Shown: positions 1-9,081 of the stretch, in pieces | Numbering within the stretch: the first letter of the stretch is position 1 | How the letters are laid out: every line of letters begins with the position of its first letter | Origin: an uncultured Phycisphaerales bacterium | GTDB lineage: Bacteria > Planctomycetota > Phycisphaerae > Tepidisphaerales > Tepidisphaeraceae | Direction: 5' to 3' | NCBI GenBank assembly: GCA_963758525.1 | Contig: CAVWVQ010000003.1 | Location: forward strand, 3,296,001-3,360,000 | DNA length: 64,000 bases | Translations under genes and position numbers: made by a program | The notes under the pieces: model-generated | Databases searched by the model: none | Told to the model about the DNA's origin: nothing | What the model saw: only the letters and a program-made list of their open reading frames with translations

Positions 1-315
1 ACGAGTTTAACCAGCAGGTTGAGGCGTTTATCGCCGGGTCTGAACGGTTCAAACACCGGCAACGAGGATGCAACCGGCAACTTGACGATCGCGGCCGATG
101 CCTTCGACGACGCGTACCCGGTGGGCGCGCTGCCGTCGGCTGTCTATCATTTCTCCGCGCACATCAAAGCCGGAAAATCGCAGCGTTTTGTCGTTCGCGG
201 CCGCTACCTCGGCGAAGGTTCACTGGTCCCCGGAACATTTAATCTCAATATCGTGGCCACGCTGGATGGCGCAACTGCGCAGACCACCACCCCGGCGACG
301 TACACCGTGAGCTAA
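1..315 (+). CDS. C-terminal part of a probable secreted/surface beta-sandwich protein (5' truncated)
   Basis: Frame open from position 1 to TAA at 313-315; Thr/Gly/Ala-rich beta-strand pattern (GTFNLNIVATLDG...ATYTVS). Confidence 0.5.
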   Translation, partial: TSLTSRLRRLSPGLNGSNTGNEDATGNLTIAADAFDDAYPVGALPSAVYHFSAHIKAGKSQRFVVRGRYLGEGSLVPGTFNLNIVATLDGATAQTTTPATYTVS

Positions 316-624
316 TGGTTCGTCAAAGTTGTCTCGGTCGTGCTCTCGGTGACGAAGCTGCTGCAGCCGAGCATCGAGGCACGTGCGGCGGTTGATCGGC
401 TAGAGGCTGTCGTTTCGGAACGTGCCTGTGGATCGCCTGCACGATGGACGCCCTGGGTTGGCAAGAGCCGGGATCTCCGGGCCGGCCGTCCCAGAAAGCG
501 TGAGGCGGCGACGAAAATAACAGACGGCCCGCTGGCCTCGTTTGATTTCCCTGATCAATGGTGATTAATGGAGCAAGTTAACAAACAATGGACAAGTGCC
601 GAGCGGAGGCTAGACTCATTGACA

Positions 625-855
625 GTGACTGCAATCCGCGTCATTTTCGATGGCAAAGCGTTCATTCCTCAGCAGCCGGTCTCGTTGCCAAATCAGTCCG
701 AAGCGCTGGTCATTGTTGAACAGAATGATCCTTCGGCCGACGCCGAACTCGATATGGCCACTCGCGCGTACTATCGGCACGAAACGGACGCTGAGGATGA
801 CGCGTGGGGCGCTGCCACCGCTCCACAATCGCAGCGCGCATGGGACGGCGACTGA
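625..855 (+). CDS. Putative antitoxin (DUF104/AF2212-like N-terminus, acidic C-terminus)
   Basis: AIRVIFDGKAFIPQQPVSLP resembles DUF104; lies directly upstream of a MazF-like gene. GTG 625 chosen as start (TAGACT -10-like box at 611-616); the ORF is open from 568. Confidence 0.65.
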   Translation: MTAIRVIFDGKAFIPQQPVSLPNQSEALVIVEQNDPSADAELDMATRAYYRHETDAEDDAWGAATAPQSQRAWDGD

Positions 856-871
856 ATCGAGGCGCTGGGGG

Positions 872-1211
872 ATGGCTACCTTCCCGCGACGTGGCGAAGT
901 CTGGCTCGTCGATTTTCCCGATGATCCCAAGTCTCGGCCTGCCTTGATTGTGTCCCTTGATGCCCGCAACGAACTCGCCAACAGTGTTCTGGCTGTCCCA
1001 ATTACCACCAACCTGCGCCCGTCTCCCACGCATGTGACACTGCCGGCTTAAGCAGGGTGGGCTAATGCACGACTCGATGGCTCGTTGCGAGAACGTCAGC
1101 TATTTGCATAAGTCACGGCTCTCCCGCGGCCCGCTGGGCGGCACGGTCGGCGCCGCGCTCATGCGCGATGTCGAGCGGTGCCTGCTGCGATCACTCGGAA
1201 TCACAGTATAG
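872..1211 (+). CDS. mazF: MazF/PemK family toxin, +1 frameshift near 1049
   Basis: PRRGEVWLVDF..KSRPALIVS..N..VLAVPITT. Removing one T near 1049 continues KQGGLMHDSMARCENVSYLHKSRL...LMRDVERCLLRSLGITV* to TAG 1209-1211. Confidence 0.85.
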
Positions 1212-1368
1212 GCTCACGCAAATTCCCCAATGAAGTTGCGCCGTTTGATCTCATGGTTCGGAGGACGCGCGTCTGCTGATATTCCGGGAAATCGATTGGG
1301 GGACGGCCTGAAGACCGGGGTGCCGCCGAGAATCCCGGGTCGATGGTGATGAGATCGCTGGCGTCCAT
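1201..1368 (-). pseudogene. Remnant of a DUF433 antitoxin gene, possibly fused to a DUF5615 PIN toxin fragment
   Basis: MDASDLITIDP followed in a shifted frame by ILGGTPVFR (DUF433 start); the rest is far too short and reads EYQQ..VLRTMRSN. Confidence 0.5.
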
Positions 1369-1522
1369 GGCCCTGGATTGGCACGTCTCATGCGATGCGG
1401 CAAAACACGGTGCCGCAATGCCGGGCTGTCGGGTGTCACTCCGCAAATCGCTCCGCAGAGTTGCGTCTCCACTTCCTCCGTGCGACCATACCCGCCCGGT
1501 TTTTTTGAGGAACAGAGGATTC

Positions 1523-3658
1523 ATGGCGGCGATCAAGCTCCCGGATGGAAGCGTTAAAGAAGTCCCCGATGGAACAACGGTGGCGCAGCTTGCCGAGTCG
1601 ATCGGCAAGCGCCTCGCGCAGGCGGCCATCGTCGGCAAGGTCGACGGGAAACTCGTCGATCTGTCTCATCCGCTGACCGGCTCACACGAAGTTGCGATCA
1701 TTACCGAACGTGATCCGGATGGACTCTTCGTCATGCGCCACAGCACCGCCCACGTGCTCGCGCAGGCGCTGCGGCATCTCTATGGCAAGGATGTGCAATA
1801 CACGATCGGGCCCGTGATCGAGAACGGGTTCTTTTACGACTTCGAGCTGCCGAAGAGTTTCTCCGCGGAGGATCTGCCCAAGGTCGAGGCGGAGATGCAG
1901 AAGATCGTCGATCAGAATCAGCCGTTTCATCGGGAGGATGTGTCTCCCGGTACAGCGCGCGACCTGCTGCACGGGGAAAATCAGCGGTTTAAGGACGAGA
2001 TCATCAACGAACTCGAGCAGGGGGGTGAGAAGTCGGTCAGCACCTATCAGCAAGGCGACTTTCTGGATCTCTGTCGCGGGCCGCACGTGCCGGGCACGGG
2101 CAAAATCAAGGCGTTCAAGCTGCTGAGCGTGGCCGGTGCGTATTGGCGGGGCGACAGCACCCGCGAGCGCCTCACGCGCATCTACGGCACCAGCTTCTTC
2201 GACAAGAAGGAGTTGGAGAAGCATCTGCAACAGGCGGAGGAGGCGAAGCAGCGCGACCATCGCGTGGTCGGGCAGAAGCTGGGACTCTTTACCATCGACG
2301 ACCAGGTCGGCCAGGGATTGATTCTGTGGAAGCCCAAAGGGGCGATGGTGCGGATTCTGCTGCAGGAGTTTCTGCAGGCGGAATTGTTTCGCCGCGGGTA
2401 TGAGATGGTCTATACACCCCACATCGGCCGGGTGGAGCTTTACAAAACGAGCGGGCATTATCCGTATTACGAAGAGAGCCAGTTTCCCACGATGCAGTTG
2501 TTGCGGGAGTCGGCGTTCCCGCTGGTGATTGCGCTGCGGGATGTGCGCGACGGGAAGCGCCAGCCGCTTTCGCGCGATGAGGAGACGGCGCTGGTGAAGC
2601 AGGCGGGGATCGACGCGGCCAAATATCCGTGGGATCAGACCGATCCGGCGCTGCGATACTCCTTCGCGCGGGCAATGAGCCAGTCGGGCGAGGATTATCT
2701 GCTCAAGCCGATGAACTGCCCGCATCACATCAAGATTTACGCCAGCGAGGCGCGCAGCTATCGCGGCCTGCCGCTTCGGCTGGCGGAGTTTGGAACGGTC
2801 TATCGCTTCGAGCAGTCCGGCGAGCTTTCCGGTCTCACCCGCGTGCGCGGCTTCACGCAGGACGACGCCCACATCTTCTGCACCCACGAGCAGGTCAAAG
2901 GCGAATTCCGTTCGACGATCGAACTCGTGCAGTTCGTCTTCAAATCGCTCGGCTTCAATGACGTGCAGATCCGCCTGAGCAAGCACGATCCCAAGAGCGA
3001 GAAATTCGCCGGCAACAAAGCCGTCTGGCTGCAGGCGGAAGGGGAGATCCGCGACGTGCTGGTCGATATGAAGGTGGATTTCGAGGAAGCCGAGGGGGAG
3101 GCGGCGTTCTACGGGCCCAAGGTGGATTTTCTGGTTCGAGACGTCATCGGCCGAAAATGGCAGCTTGGAACGGTGCAACTGGACTACGTGCTTCCAGAGC
3201 GATTCGCGCTGGAATACACCGGCTCGGACAATCACGCCCATCGCCCGGTGATGATTCACCGCGCTCCGTTTGGCAGCATGGAGCGATTCATGGGAATCCT
3301 CATCGAGCACTTCAACGGCGCGTTTCCGCTGTGGCTCGCGCCGGTGCAGGTGGCGGTTCTCTCGATCAGCGAGAAGCACAACGCATATGCCGAGGAAGTC
3401 TACAAGAGCCTGAAAGTGGCGGGCCTGCGGGCAGTCGCGGATCTGGGAGCCGACAAGATCGGCTCGAAGATCCGCCTGGCGACGATCGGGAAGACGCCGT
3501 TGATGCTCGTCATCGGCGAGAAAGAGGAAACCGACAAAACGGTGACAGTTCGTCCGTACTTCGACGTACCGGACGCCATCCGCGGCGCCATGTCGCTCCA
3601 GGAGTTCGTCGATCAGACGGCCGCGAAGGTGTCTGAGCGGTGGCATCCCTCGAAATGA
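1523..3658 (+). CDS. thrS: Threonine--tRNA ligase
   Basis: TGS domain (IKLPDGS), HSTAH editing motif, DLCRGPH, KPMNCPHH, FYGPK, HRAPFGSMERF; GAGG RBS before ATG 1523. Confidence 0.98.
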   Translation: MAAIKLPDGSVKEVPDGTTVAQLAESIGKRLAQAAIVGKVDGKLVDLSHPLTGSHEVAIITERDPDGLFVMRHSTAHVLAQALRHLYGKDVQYTIGPVIENGFFYDFELPKSFSAEDLPKVEAEMQKIVDQNQPFHREDVSPGTARDLLHGENQRFKDEIINELEQGGEKSVSTYQQGDFLDLCRGPHVPGTGKIKAFKLLSVAGAYWRGDSTRERLTRIYGTSFFDKKELEKHLQQAEEAKQRDHRVVGQKLGLFTIDDQVGQGLILWKPKGAMVRILLQEFLQAELFRRGYEMVYTPHIGRVELYKTSGHYPYYEESQFPTMQLLRESAFPLVIALRDVRDGKRQPLSRDEETALVKQAGIDAAKYPWDQTDPALRYSFARAMSQSGEDYLLKPMNCPHHIKIYASEARSYRGLPLRLAEFGTVYRFEQSGELSGLTRVRGFTQDDAHIFCTHEQVKGEFRSTIELVQFVFKSLGFNDVQIRLSKHDPKSEKFAGNKAVWLQAEGEIRDVLVDMKVDFEEAEGEAAFYGPKVDFLVRDVIGRKWQLGTVQLDYVLPERFALEYTGSDNHAHRPVMIHRAPFGSMERFMGILIEHFNGAFPLWLAPVQVAVLSISEKHNAYAEEVYKSLKVAGLRAVADLGADKIGSKIRLATIGKTPLMLVIGEKEETDKTVTVRPYFDVPDAIRGAMSLQEFVDQTAAKVSERWHPSK

Positions 3659-3724
3659 ACTTTGTTCTCTTCGGTTCTGATCAAACTGAAAAACATCCCC
3701 CGCACCGCCGGAGTATAATTGAAA

Positions 3725-4873
3725 GTGACCCCGCCTCGTTTGCACTACCTGCTCTTCCTGACGCTCTGCACATTTGCCGTGATCAGCGCCGGTTGCGATC
3801 GGAAAGACCAGATCGAGACCTACTCGGTTCCAAAGACGCTGGCGGTATCTTCCGAACCGATTGCTGATGCGGGAGACACGATAGCCGCGCCGAAGTGGAC
3901 GGTGCCCGATGGCTGGACCTATGTCCCCGGGCGGGACATGCGGTATGCCAGCTTTCGAGTCTCCCAGGATCACCCCGACGTTGAGCTGACGGTGGTGCCG
4001 CTCGACTCTGCCGGTGGAACGTTGCTCGACAATTTGCACCGCTGGCAGAAGCAGCTTGGACTCGAACCGTCTCCGGTCGAAGATCTGAAAAAGATTATGA
4101 CCTCGGCCGATCTGTCGGGAACGCCCGCAGGCGTGTTCGACCTCACTGGCGCGGTTCCCTCGGACGGCACGCCGCAACAGCGCATGCTGGCAGCAATCGT
4201 GCCGCAGCCGACGCAGACATGGTTCTTCAAGCTCATGGGCCCGATCGACGTGGTCTCGGCACAGAAAGACAATTTCGACCGATTCATTCACTCGCTGAAG
4301 TTCGAGGGCGCGGCCCAGGAAGCCGGCGCGCCAGAGCCGGCCGAAGACGCGGTGCCCGCCACGCAGCAGAGTCCAATCAGCTACGTCGTCCCGGCCGGCT
4401 GGACCCAGCAGACGCAAGCCAATCAATTCCGCGTGGTCGCTTTCAACATTCCCGTTGGGAATCAGAGCGGAGCGGTTATCGTCGCGCGAATGCCCGTAAA
4501 TTCCGGCACCGTGCTCGACAACATCAATCGCTGGCGGCAGCAGGTGAATCTGCCCCCGCTGACGGATGAGGCGCAAATTCCCGCGCAGACGCTGAAAATC
4601 GGCGGGCTCGATGCAATGATGTGGGATATGCACGGCGACAATACGGCCCAGCCGCCGCATGATTCGGATTCGGCATCGCAGCAGGGAGACGCTGTGGCAG
4701 GGTCCGGGCTGCCCGAATCACAACGTGCCTCGTCGATCGTCGTGGCGATGCTGACGCGCGGGTCGGAATGGTGGTTCTTCAAGCTCCAGGGGCCGGCTGC
4801 GATTGTGACGGCGCAAAAAGAGACATTCATGACATTTCTTCAATCCGTTCAGTTTTCGGATGCTGCACCGTGA
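3725..4873 (+). CDS. Lipoprotein of unknown function with two internal repeats
   Basis: Lipobox ISAGC; duplicated motifs W/Y-x-VPxGW, N(L/I)xRWxxQ and WFFKLxGP; stop overlaps next start (GTGA). Confidence 0.8.
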   Translation: MTPPRLHYLLFLTLCTFAVISAGCDRKDQIETYSVPKTLAVSSEPIADAGDTIAAPKWTVPDGWTYVPGRDMRYASFRVSQDHPDVELTVVPLDSAGGTLLDNLHRWQKQLGLEPSPVEDLKKIMTSADLSGTPAGVFDLTGAVPSDGTPQQRMLAAIVPQPTQTWFFKLMGPIDVVSAQKDNFDRFIHSLKFEGAAQEAGAPEPAEDAVPATQQSPISYVVPAGWTQQTQANQFRVVAFNIPVGNQSGAVIVARMPVNSGTVLDNINRWRQQVNLPPLTDEAQIPAQTLKIGGLDAMMWDMHGDNTAQPPHDSDSASQQGDAVAGSGLPESQRASSIVVAMLTRGSEWWFFKLQGPAAIVTAQKETFMTFLQSVQFSDAAP

Positions 4874-7857
4874 ACGAAACGCTCAAACAGATTCTCAAGC
4901 CGCTCGCGTCGCTCCGGCTCACGGTCGTGCTGCTGGCGATGTCGATGGTCCTCATCTTCGCCGGGACCTGGGCGCAAATTGACTCCGACATCGTCGTCGT
5001 GCAGCACAAGATGTTTCACGCCTGGTTCTGCTGGATCCCGTTCGCCCTGTTCTGGTGGCGGCGGCCGACGGGCGGGCTCGCGTTCCCCGGGGAAATTCCA
5101 TTTGTCGGCGGCTACACGCTGATCGCCGCCCTGCTCATCAATCTGCTGGCGGCCCACTCGGTCCGTTTCAAGCTCACCTGGAAACGCGCGGGAATCATCC
5201 TGATTCATCTCGGCCTGATCACGCTCCTCTGCAGTGAAGTCCTCACCACCTGGTTCGCCGAGGAGGGGACCATGCGACTGACGACGAACATGGCGCAAAA
5301 CTATGTCGAGGACATTCGCCGCAGCGAGTTGGCGATCGTTGACTCTTCCGCGAAAGATCACGACGACGTGACCGTCATCCCCGCTTCGCTGTTCGACAAG
5401 CCGGGGACAAACCTTCACGACCCGCGGCTGCCCTTTGATGTTCAGGTGGACGACTATTACGAAAATTCGCAACTGCTCGGTCCATTTCAGGACGGCCCAA
5501 AGCCCGATCCCCGCGTGGACGCGGGGACTGAGGTCGGGCGTCGCATCGTCAAAGCCGCGCCAACCAGTGGCGTGGGCGCCGATGCCGACAAAGTGAACCA
5601 GCCTGCGGCGATCGTTACCCTCAGCAGCGGCGGCAAGGGGTTGGGCACATACCTGGTGTCCTCGTGGGCCGATGCGCCGCAGCCGGTCGCTCTTCCTGAT
5701 GGTCGGTCGTTCACGATCGATTTGCGGTTTGTCCGGACATACAAGCCATACACGCTCAAGCTGCTCAAATTCACCCACGAGAAGTACGTCGGCTCCGACA
5801 TCGACAAGAATTTCGCCAGCCGTGTGCAGTTGGTCGACCCGTCGCGCAACGTCAATCTGGAAGCGCTCATCTGGATGAATCATCCGTTGCGGTATGACTC
5901 GCAGACGTTCTACCAGGCCGGCTTTGACGAGCACCGGGCCGATCTGACGACGATTCAGATCGTGAAGAATCGCAACTGGCTGTTGCCGTACATTGCGCTG
6001 GGAATCGCGATCATTGGACTGCTGACGCATTTTGGAATGACGCTGATTCGTTTCCTTGGCCGGCAACTGAGCAGTGTGCCGGCGGCGCCGGGAGCGCACG
6101 TCAGTTCCTCCTCACCCGGCTGGGCAAACACCATCGCGATCGCGGCGCCTCTGGTTTGTGCTTTGATCCTGATCGCGGCAAGCCTTCCGCGCGACAATCC
6201 GGACGATCATGCGTTCGATCTGAACGCCTTCGGCCGGCTTCCAATCAGCTTTGACGGGCGGGTGATGCCGCTTGATTCGCTCGCGCGAACGAGCCTGAAA
6301 ATCATTCACGGCCGAGAGGCATTGGATGATATCAACAAGCACCGCGTGCCCCCGATCGAATGGCTCGCCGATCTGCTGAGCAACTCGGAGAAGACCAACA
6401 TCTACCCCGTTTTCCTTGTCGACAATCCCGACGTGCTGAACACCACCGGTCTCGACCCCGGCCGAAAATATTTCTCCGCGGATGATCTGATCGCCCACGA
6501 GAAGACGCTGCTCCCCGAATTGCAGCGCGTCATGAAGCGAGCCAACGATGAAGGGACCGGGAAGTTCGACGTAACGGACAAGAAGCTTTTCGATCTGGCC
6601 GAGCATCTCGTTCTGCAGCGCAAGCTCGGCGGGCTTGGCGAGCTGTATCTCGTCCCGCCGATCGGCGGACGCGATCAGTGGCAGAAAGTGGACGACGCGG
6701 TGCTCGAGACGCAGAAGACCGGAAAGTCGCCCGAAAGCCTCCGGTCGTTCATGGATATTCTGAAGCACTATTCCGAGAATAAGCCCGCCGAGTTCAACAC
6801 TGCGGTCGCCGCATATCACGACACGCTCGAGCAGAATCTTCCCGCGCAGCACAAGATCGATTCCGAGGCCTACTTCAACCGCTTCGATCCGTTCACGATC
6901 TGCCTGGTTCTCTACGTTGGCGTGCTGCTGTTGGCAATGATCTCCTGGCTCGTCTGGCAGCGACCGCTCTCAACCGCGGCGCTGAGCCTGATGGCGTGCG
7001 CTTTTCTCCTGCACACCACGGCGCTGATCTGGCGCATGGTGCTTTCCGGACGCCCGCCGGTCACCAATCTCTACTCTTCGGCGCTCTTCATCGCCTGGGG
7101 CGGGGTGCTGCTGTGCCTGGCGCTCGAACTGCTCTATCGCAACGGCGTCGGAAGCGTCGTGGGCGCCACGATCGGGTTTGTCTCGCTTCTGGTTGCCAAC
7201 GCGCTGGCTGCCGAGGGGGACACGATGGAACAACTTCGGGCTGTCCTGGATACCAACGGCTGGCTCGCGACGCACGTGGTCTGCGTGACGATCGGGTATG
7301 CATCCACGTTCGTCGCCGGTCTTCTGGGAGTTGTTTACATCTATCGCGGCCTGGTCTCCGCTCAGTTTGACGCCGACCAGCGCAAGGCCGTGAGCCGAAT
7401 GATCTATGGCATTGTCTGTTACGCGCTGCTGTTCAGCTTCGTCGGCACGATCCTCGGCGGGATCTGGGCCGATCAGTCGTGGGGGCGATTTTGGGGATGG
7501 GACCCCAAGGAAAATGGTGCAATCCTCATCGTTCTCTGGAATGCGATTATTTTGCACTCACGTTGGGGTGGCCTGGTGCGCGAACGCGGCATGGCGGTGC
7601 TCGCGGTGGGCGGCAACATCGTCACAAGCTGGTCTTGGTTCGGCACCAATATGCTGGGCGTCGGCCTGCACAGCTACGGGTTTACCGACAGCAGCCGGGA
7701 ACTGATCCTGATTGCCTTCATGATCTCCCAATTGCTGATCATTGGCATCGGACTCATCCCTACGGTAAGCTGGAAAAGCTATGCCGTTGATGCGGCACCG
7801 AGCTTTCCGGTCGGCCGTCCGAAAGGCGGCCTGCGCCCTGAGCCGGCATCTGTCTGA
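4870..7857 (+). CDS. ccsA: System II cytochrome c biogenesis protein, fused CcsB(ResB)-CcsA(ResC)
   Basis: N-terminal LASLRLTVVLL, IHLG, MNHPLRY; C-terminal WWD motif WADQSWGRFWGWDPKE and GVGLHSYG. Confidence 0.93.
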   Translation: MNETLKQILKPLASLRLTVVLLAMSMVLIFAGTWAQIDSDIVVVQHKMFHAWFCWIPFALFWWRRPTGGLAFPGEIPFVGGYTLIAALLINLLAAHSVRFKLTWKRAGIILIHLGLITLLCSEVLTTWFAEEGTMRLTTNMAQNYVEDIRRSELAIVDSSAKDHDDVTVIPASLFDKPGTNLHDPRLPFDVQVDDYYENSQLLGPFQDGPKPDPRVDAGTEVGRRIVKAAPTSGVGADADKVNQPAAIVTLSSGGKGLGTYLVSSWADAPQPVALPDGRSFTIDLRFVRTYKPYTLKLLKFTHEKYVGSDIDKNFASRVQLVDPSRNVNLEALIWMNHPLRYDSQTFYQAGFDEHRADLTTIQIVKNRNWLLPYIALGIAIIGLLTHFGMTLIRFLGRQLSSVPAAPGAHVSSSSPGWANTIAIAAPLVCALILIAASLPRDNPDDHAFDLNAFGRLPISFDGRVMPLDSLARTSLKIIHGREALDDINKHRVPPIEWLADLLSNSEKTNIYPVFLVDNPDVLNTTGLDPGRKYFSADDLIAHEKTLLPELQRVMKRANDEGTGKFDVTDKKLFDLAEHLVLQRKLGGLGELYLVPPIGGRDQWQKVDDAVLETQKTGKSPESLRSFMDILKHYSENKPAEFNTAVAAYHDTLEQNLPAQHKIDSEAYFNRFDPFTICLVLYVGVLLLAMISWLVWQRPLSTAALSLMACAFLLHTTALIWRMVLSGRPPVTNLYSSALFIAWGGVLLCLALELLYRNGVGSVVGATIGFVSLLVANALAAEGDTMEQLRAVLDTNGWLATHVVCVTIGYASTFVAGLLGVVYIYRGLVSAQFDADQRKAVSRMIYGIVCYALLFSFVGTILGGIWADQSWGRFWGWDPKENGAILIVLWNAIILHSRWGGLVRERGMAVLAVGGNIVTSWSWFGTNMLGVGLHSYGFTDSSRELILIAFMISQLLIIGIGLIPTVSWKSYAVDAAPSFPVGRPKGGLRPEPASV

Positions 7858-7945
7858 TGTGAAGACAATAACGCGATTCAATTCAAAGCTGAATTTTGAA
7901 TTCGCCAAATATGACGTAGATTGAGGGGAACAGCCGCTTCCCCTT

Positions 7946-8257
7946 ATGCTCACCAATATCCACCTATCCCCATCAGCCCTTCGGATACTCCTGGCCATTG
8001 TGAATTTTGGCATTGGCGTTGCCGGCATCATTTACATCCGGATTATTGCCCGTGACATGCGCTGGTCGCGGTCCAATAAACGCTTTGTCACCCGCGACCC
8101 CCAGCCGGAGTTATTCTGGCTGAAGCTCGTGTTCGGTAGTCTGGCAATCACCTTCACGTTCGCGATCGGACTGCTGCTCCTGTTTCCACCGTCCTACCGG
8201 ATATCCCACTGGAACCCCATCCGATTGCCGCAGTTGGACAACGCAAAACAGCGTTAG
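7946..8257 (+). CDS. Small two-TM membrane protein
   Basis: Two hydrophobic segments; fills the intergenic gap. Confidence 0.55.
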   Translation: MLTNIHLSPSALRILLAIVNFGIGVAGIIYIRIIARDMRWSRSNKRFVTRDPQPELFWLKLVFGSLAITFTFAIGLLLLFPPSYRISHWNPIRLPQLDNAKQR

Positions 8258-8311
8258 CGCTTCCGAGAACGGCTTTCGCCCGAGCCGCTCGAATTTTTTC
8301 TTCTTTTTTGC

Positions 8312-8351
8312 TTGCTAGTCCGGTAACTGTTAGGTATACTAATCCCTAACA
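8312..8351 (+). promoter_or_regulatory. Sigma70-type promoter with overlapping palindromic operator
   Basis: TTGCTA(8312-8317)-N17-TATACT(8335-8340); TGTTAGG-N10-CCTAACA (8328-8351) brackets the -10. Confidence 0.7.
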
Positions 8352-8387
8352 AGTTGGCGATGGATTCGCCACGGGAGCGGCAAACTC

Positions 8388-8975
8388 ATGATGACTGTGC
8401 GACATCTTGAACGGCAATGGACGGCCAGGCAATACACCAAACTGCTGGAGGGTCTGCTCGAGGCCCGCGCTGAGGCGGCGTTTCAATTCGATTCTCATGC
8501 ATCGCAAGCAGCGCGTGCGGCGGCGCTGGCGCTGATTCGTCTGGAAGAGTTAGACCAAGGCCACGTGCCGCTGGCGGCATCGCTGCGGCGAGCGCTGTTG
8601 GCGATGCAGGAATCGGATGGGGGATGGGGCGATCCCGCGGTCAGCGCGCTGTGTCTGCGGGCGCTGTTGCTGGGGAAGGGCGGCGGACCAGCTATCGAGC
8701 GGGGGTTGACGTATGTTGCCAATCTGCAACAGGCAGACGGGATTTGGCCTGCGGGTCCCATCCGCCGGATGCCGGCCGATTCGGCGACTTCGGCGTTTAT
8801 CCTGGCGCAGCTTGTCGAGCAGCCGCGCTTTCGCCAGTTGGTTCGCGTTGATGACGCGGTTGCCTGGTTCGCCCGCCATCGCGGATGCCTTGATTCGCAA
8901 ACCGCACAAATGTGGGATCGTCTGCGTGCCCGCTGTCAGCCGCAGCTTAATTCCGGGGCGTTGCTGTTTAGTTGA
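8388..8975 (+). CDS. Prenyltransferase/squalene-cyclase (QW) repeat protein
   Basis: LLAMQESDGGWG and YVANLQQADGIW repeats. Confidence 0.7.
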   Translation: MMTVRHLERQWTARQYTKLLEGLLEARAEAAFQFDSHASQAARAAALALIRLEELDQGHVPLAASLRRALLAMQESDGGWGDPAVSALCLRALLLGKGGGPAIERGLTYVANLQQADGIWPAGPIRRMPADSATSAFILAQLVEQPRFRQLVRVDDAVAWFARHRGCLDSQTAQMWDRLRARCQPQLNSGALLFS

Positions 8976-9002
8976 TTAGAGCTGGAGCGACGTCGTCCAT
9001 TA

Positions 9003-9052
9003 TGGTGCGGGCTTCCAGCCTGCTGGTTGAAGCAGGCTGGAAGCCTGCACCA
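9003..9052. repeat. REP-like inverted repeat between convergent genes
   Basis: TGGTGCGGGCTTCCAGCCTGC / GCAGGCTGGAAGCCTGCACCA. Confidence 0.75.
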
Positions 9053-9081
9053 CAAACGCCGACATCAACTCGAAAACTGTT

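Noticed and set aside
1380..1522. T-box leader before thrS
   Set aside because: No T-box consensus or terminator; region is short
1682..4660. 992-aa antisense ORF, and similar long ORFs opposite gltD, ClC, secDF and ccsBA
   Set aside because: Shadow frames of high-GC genes with no recognisable motifs
8356..8400. GGCGATGGATTCGCC...TGATGAC resembling a fluoride riboswitch
   Set aside because: The 3' pseudoknot partner and CUAC-like end are missing, TGATGAC is the start of the ORF, and the gene is not fluoride-related
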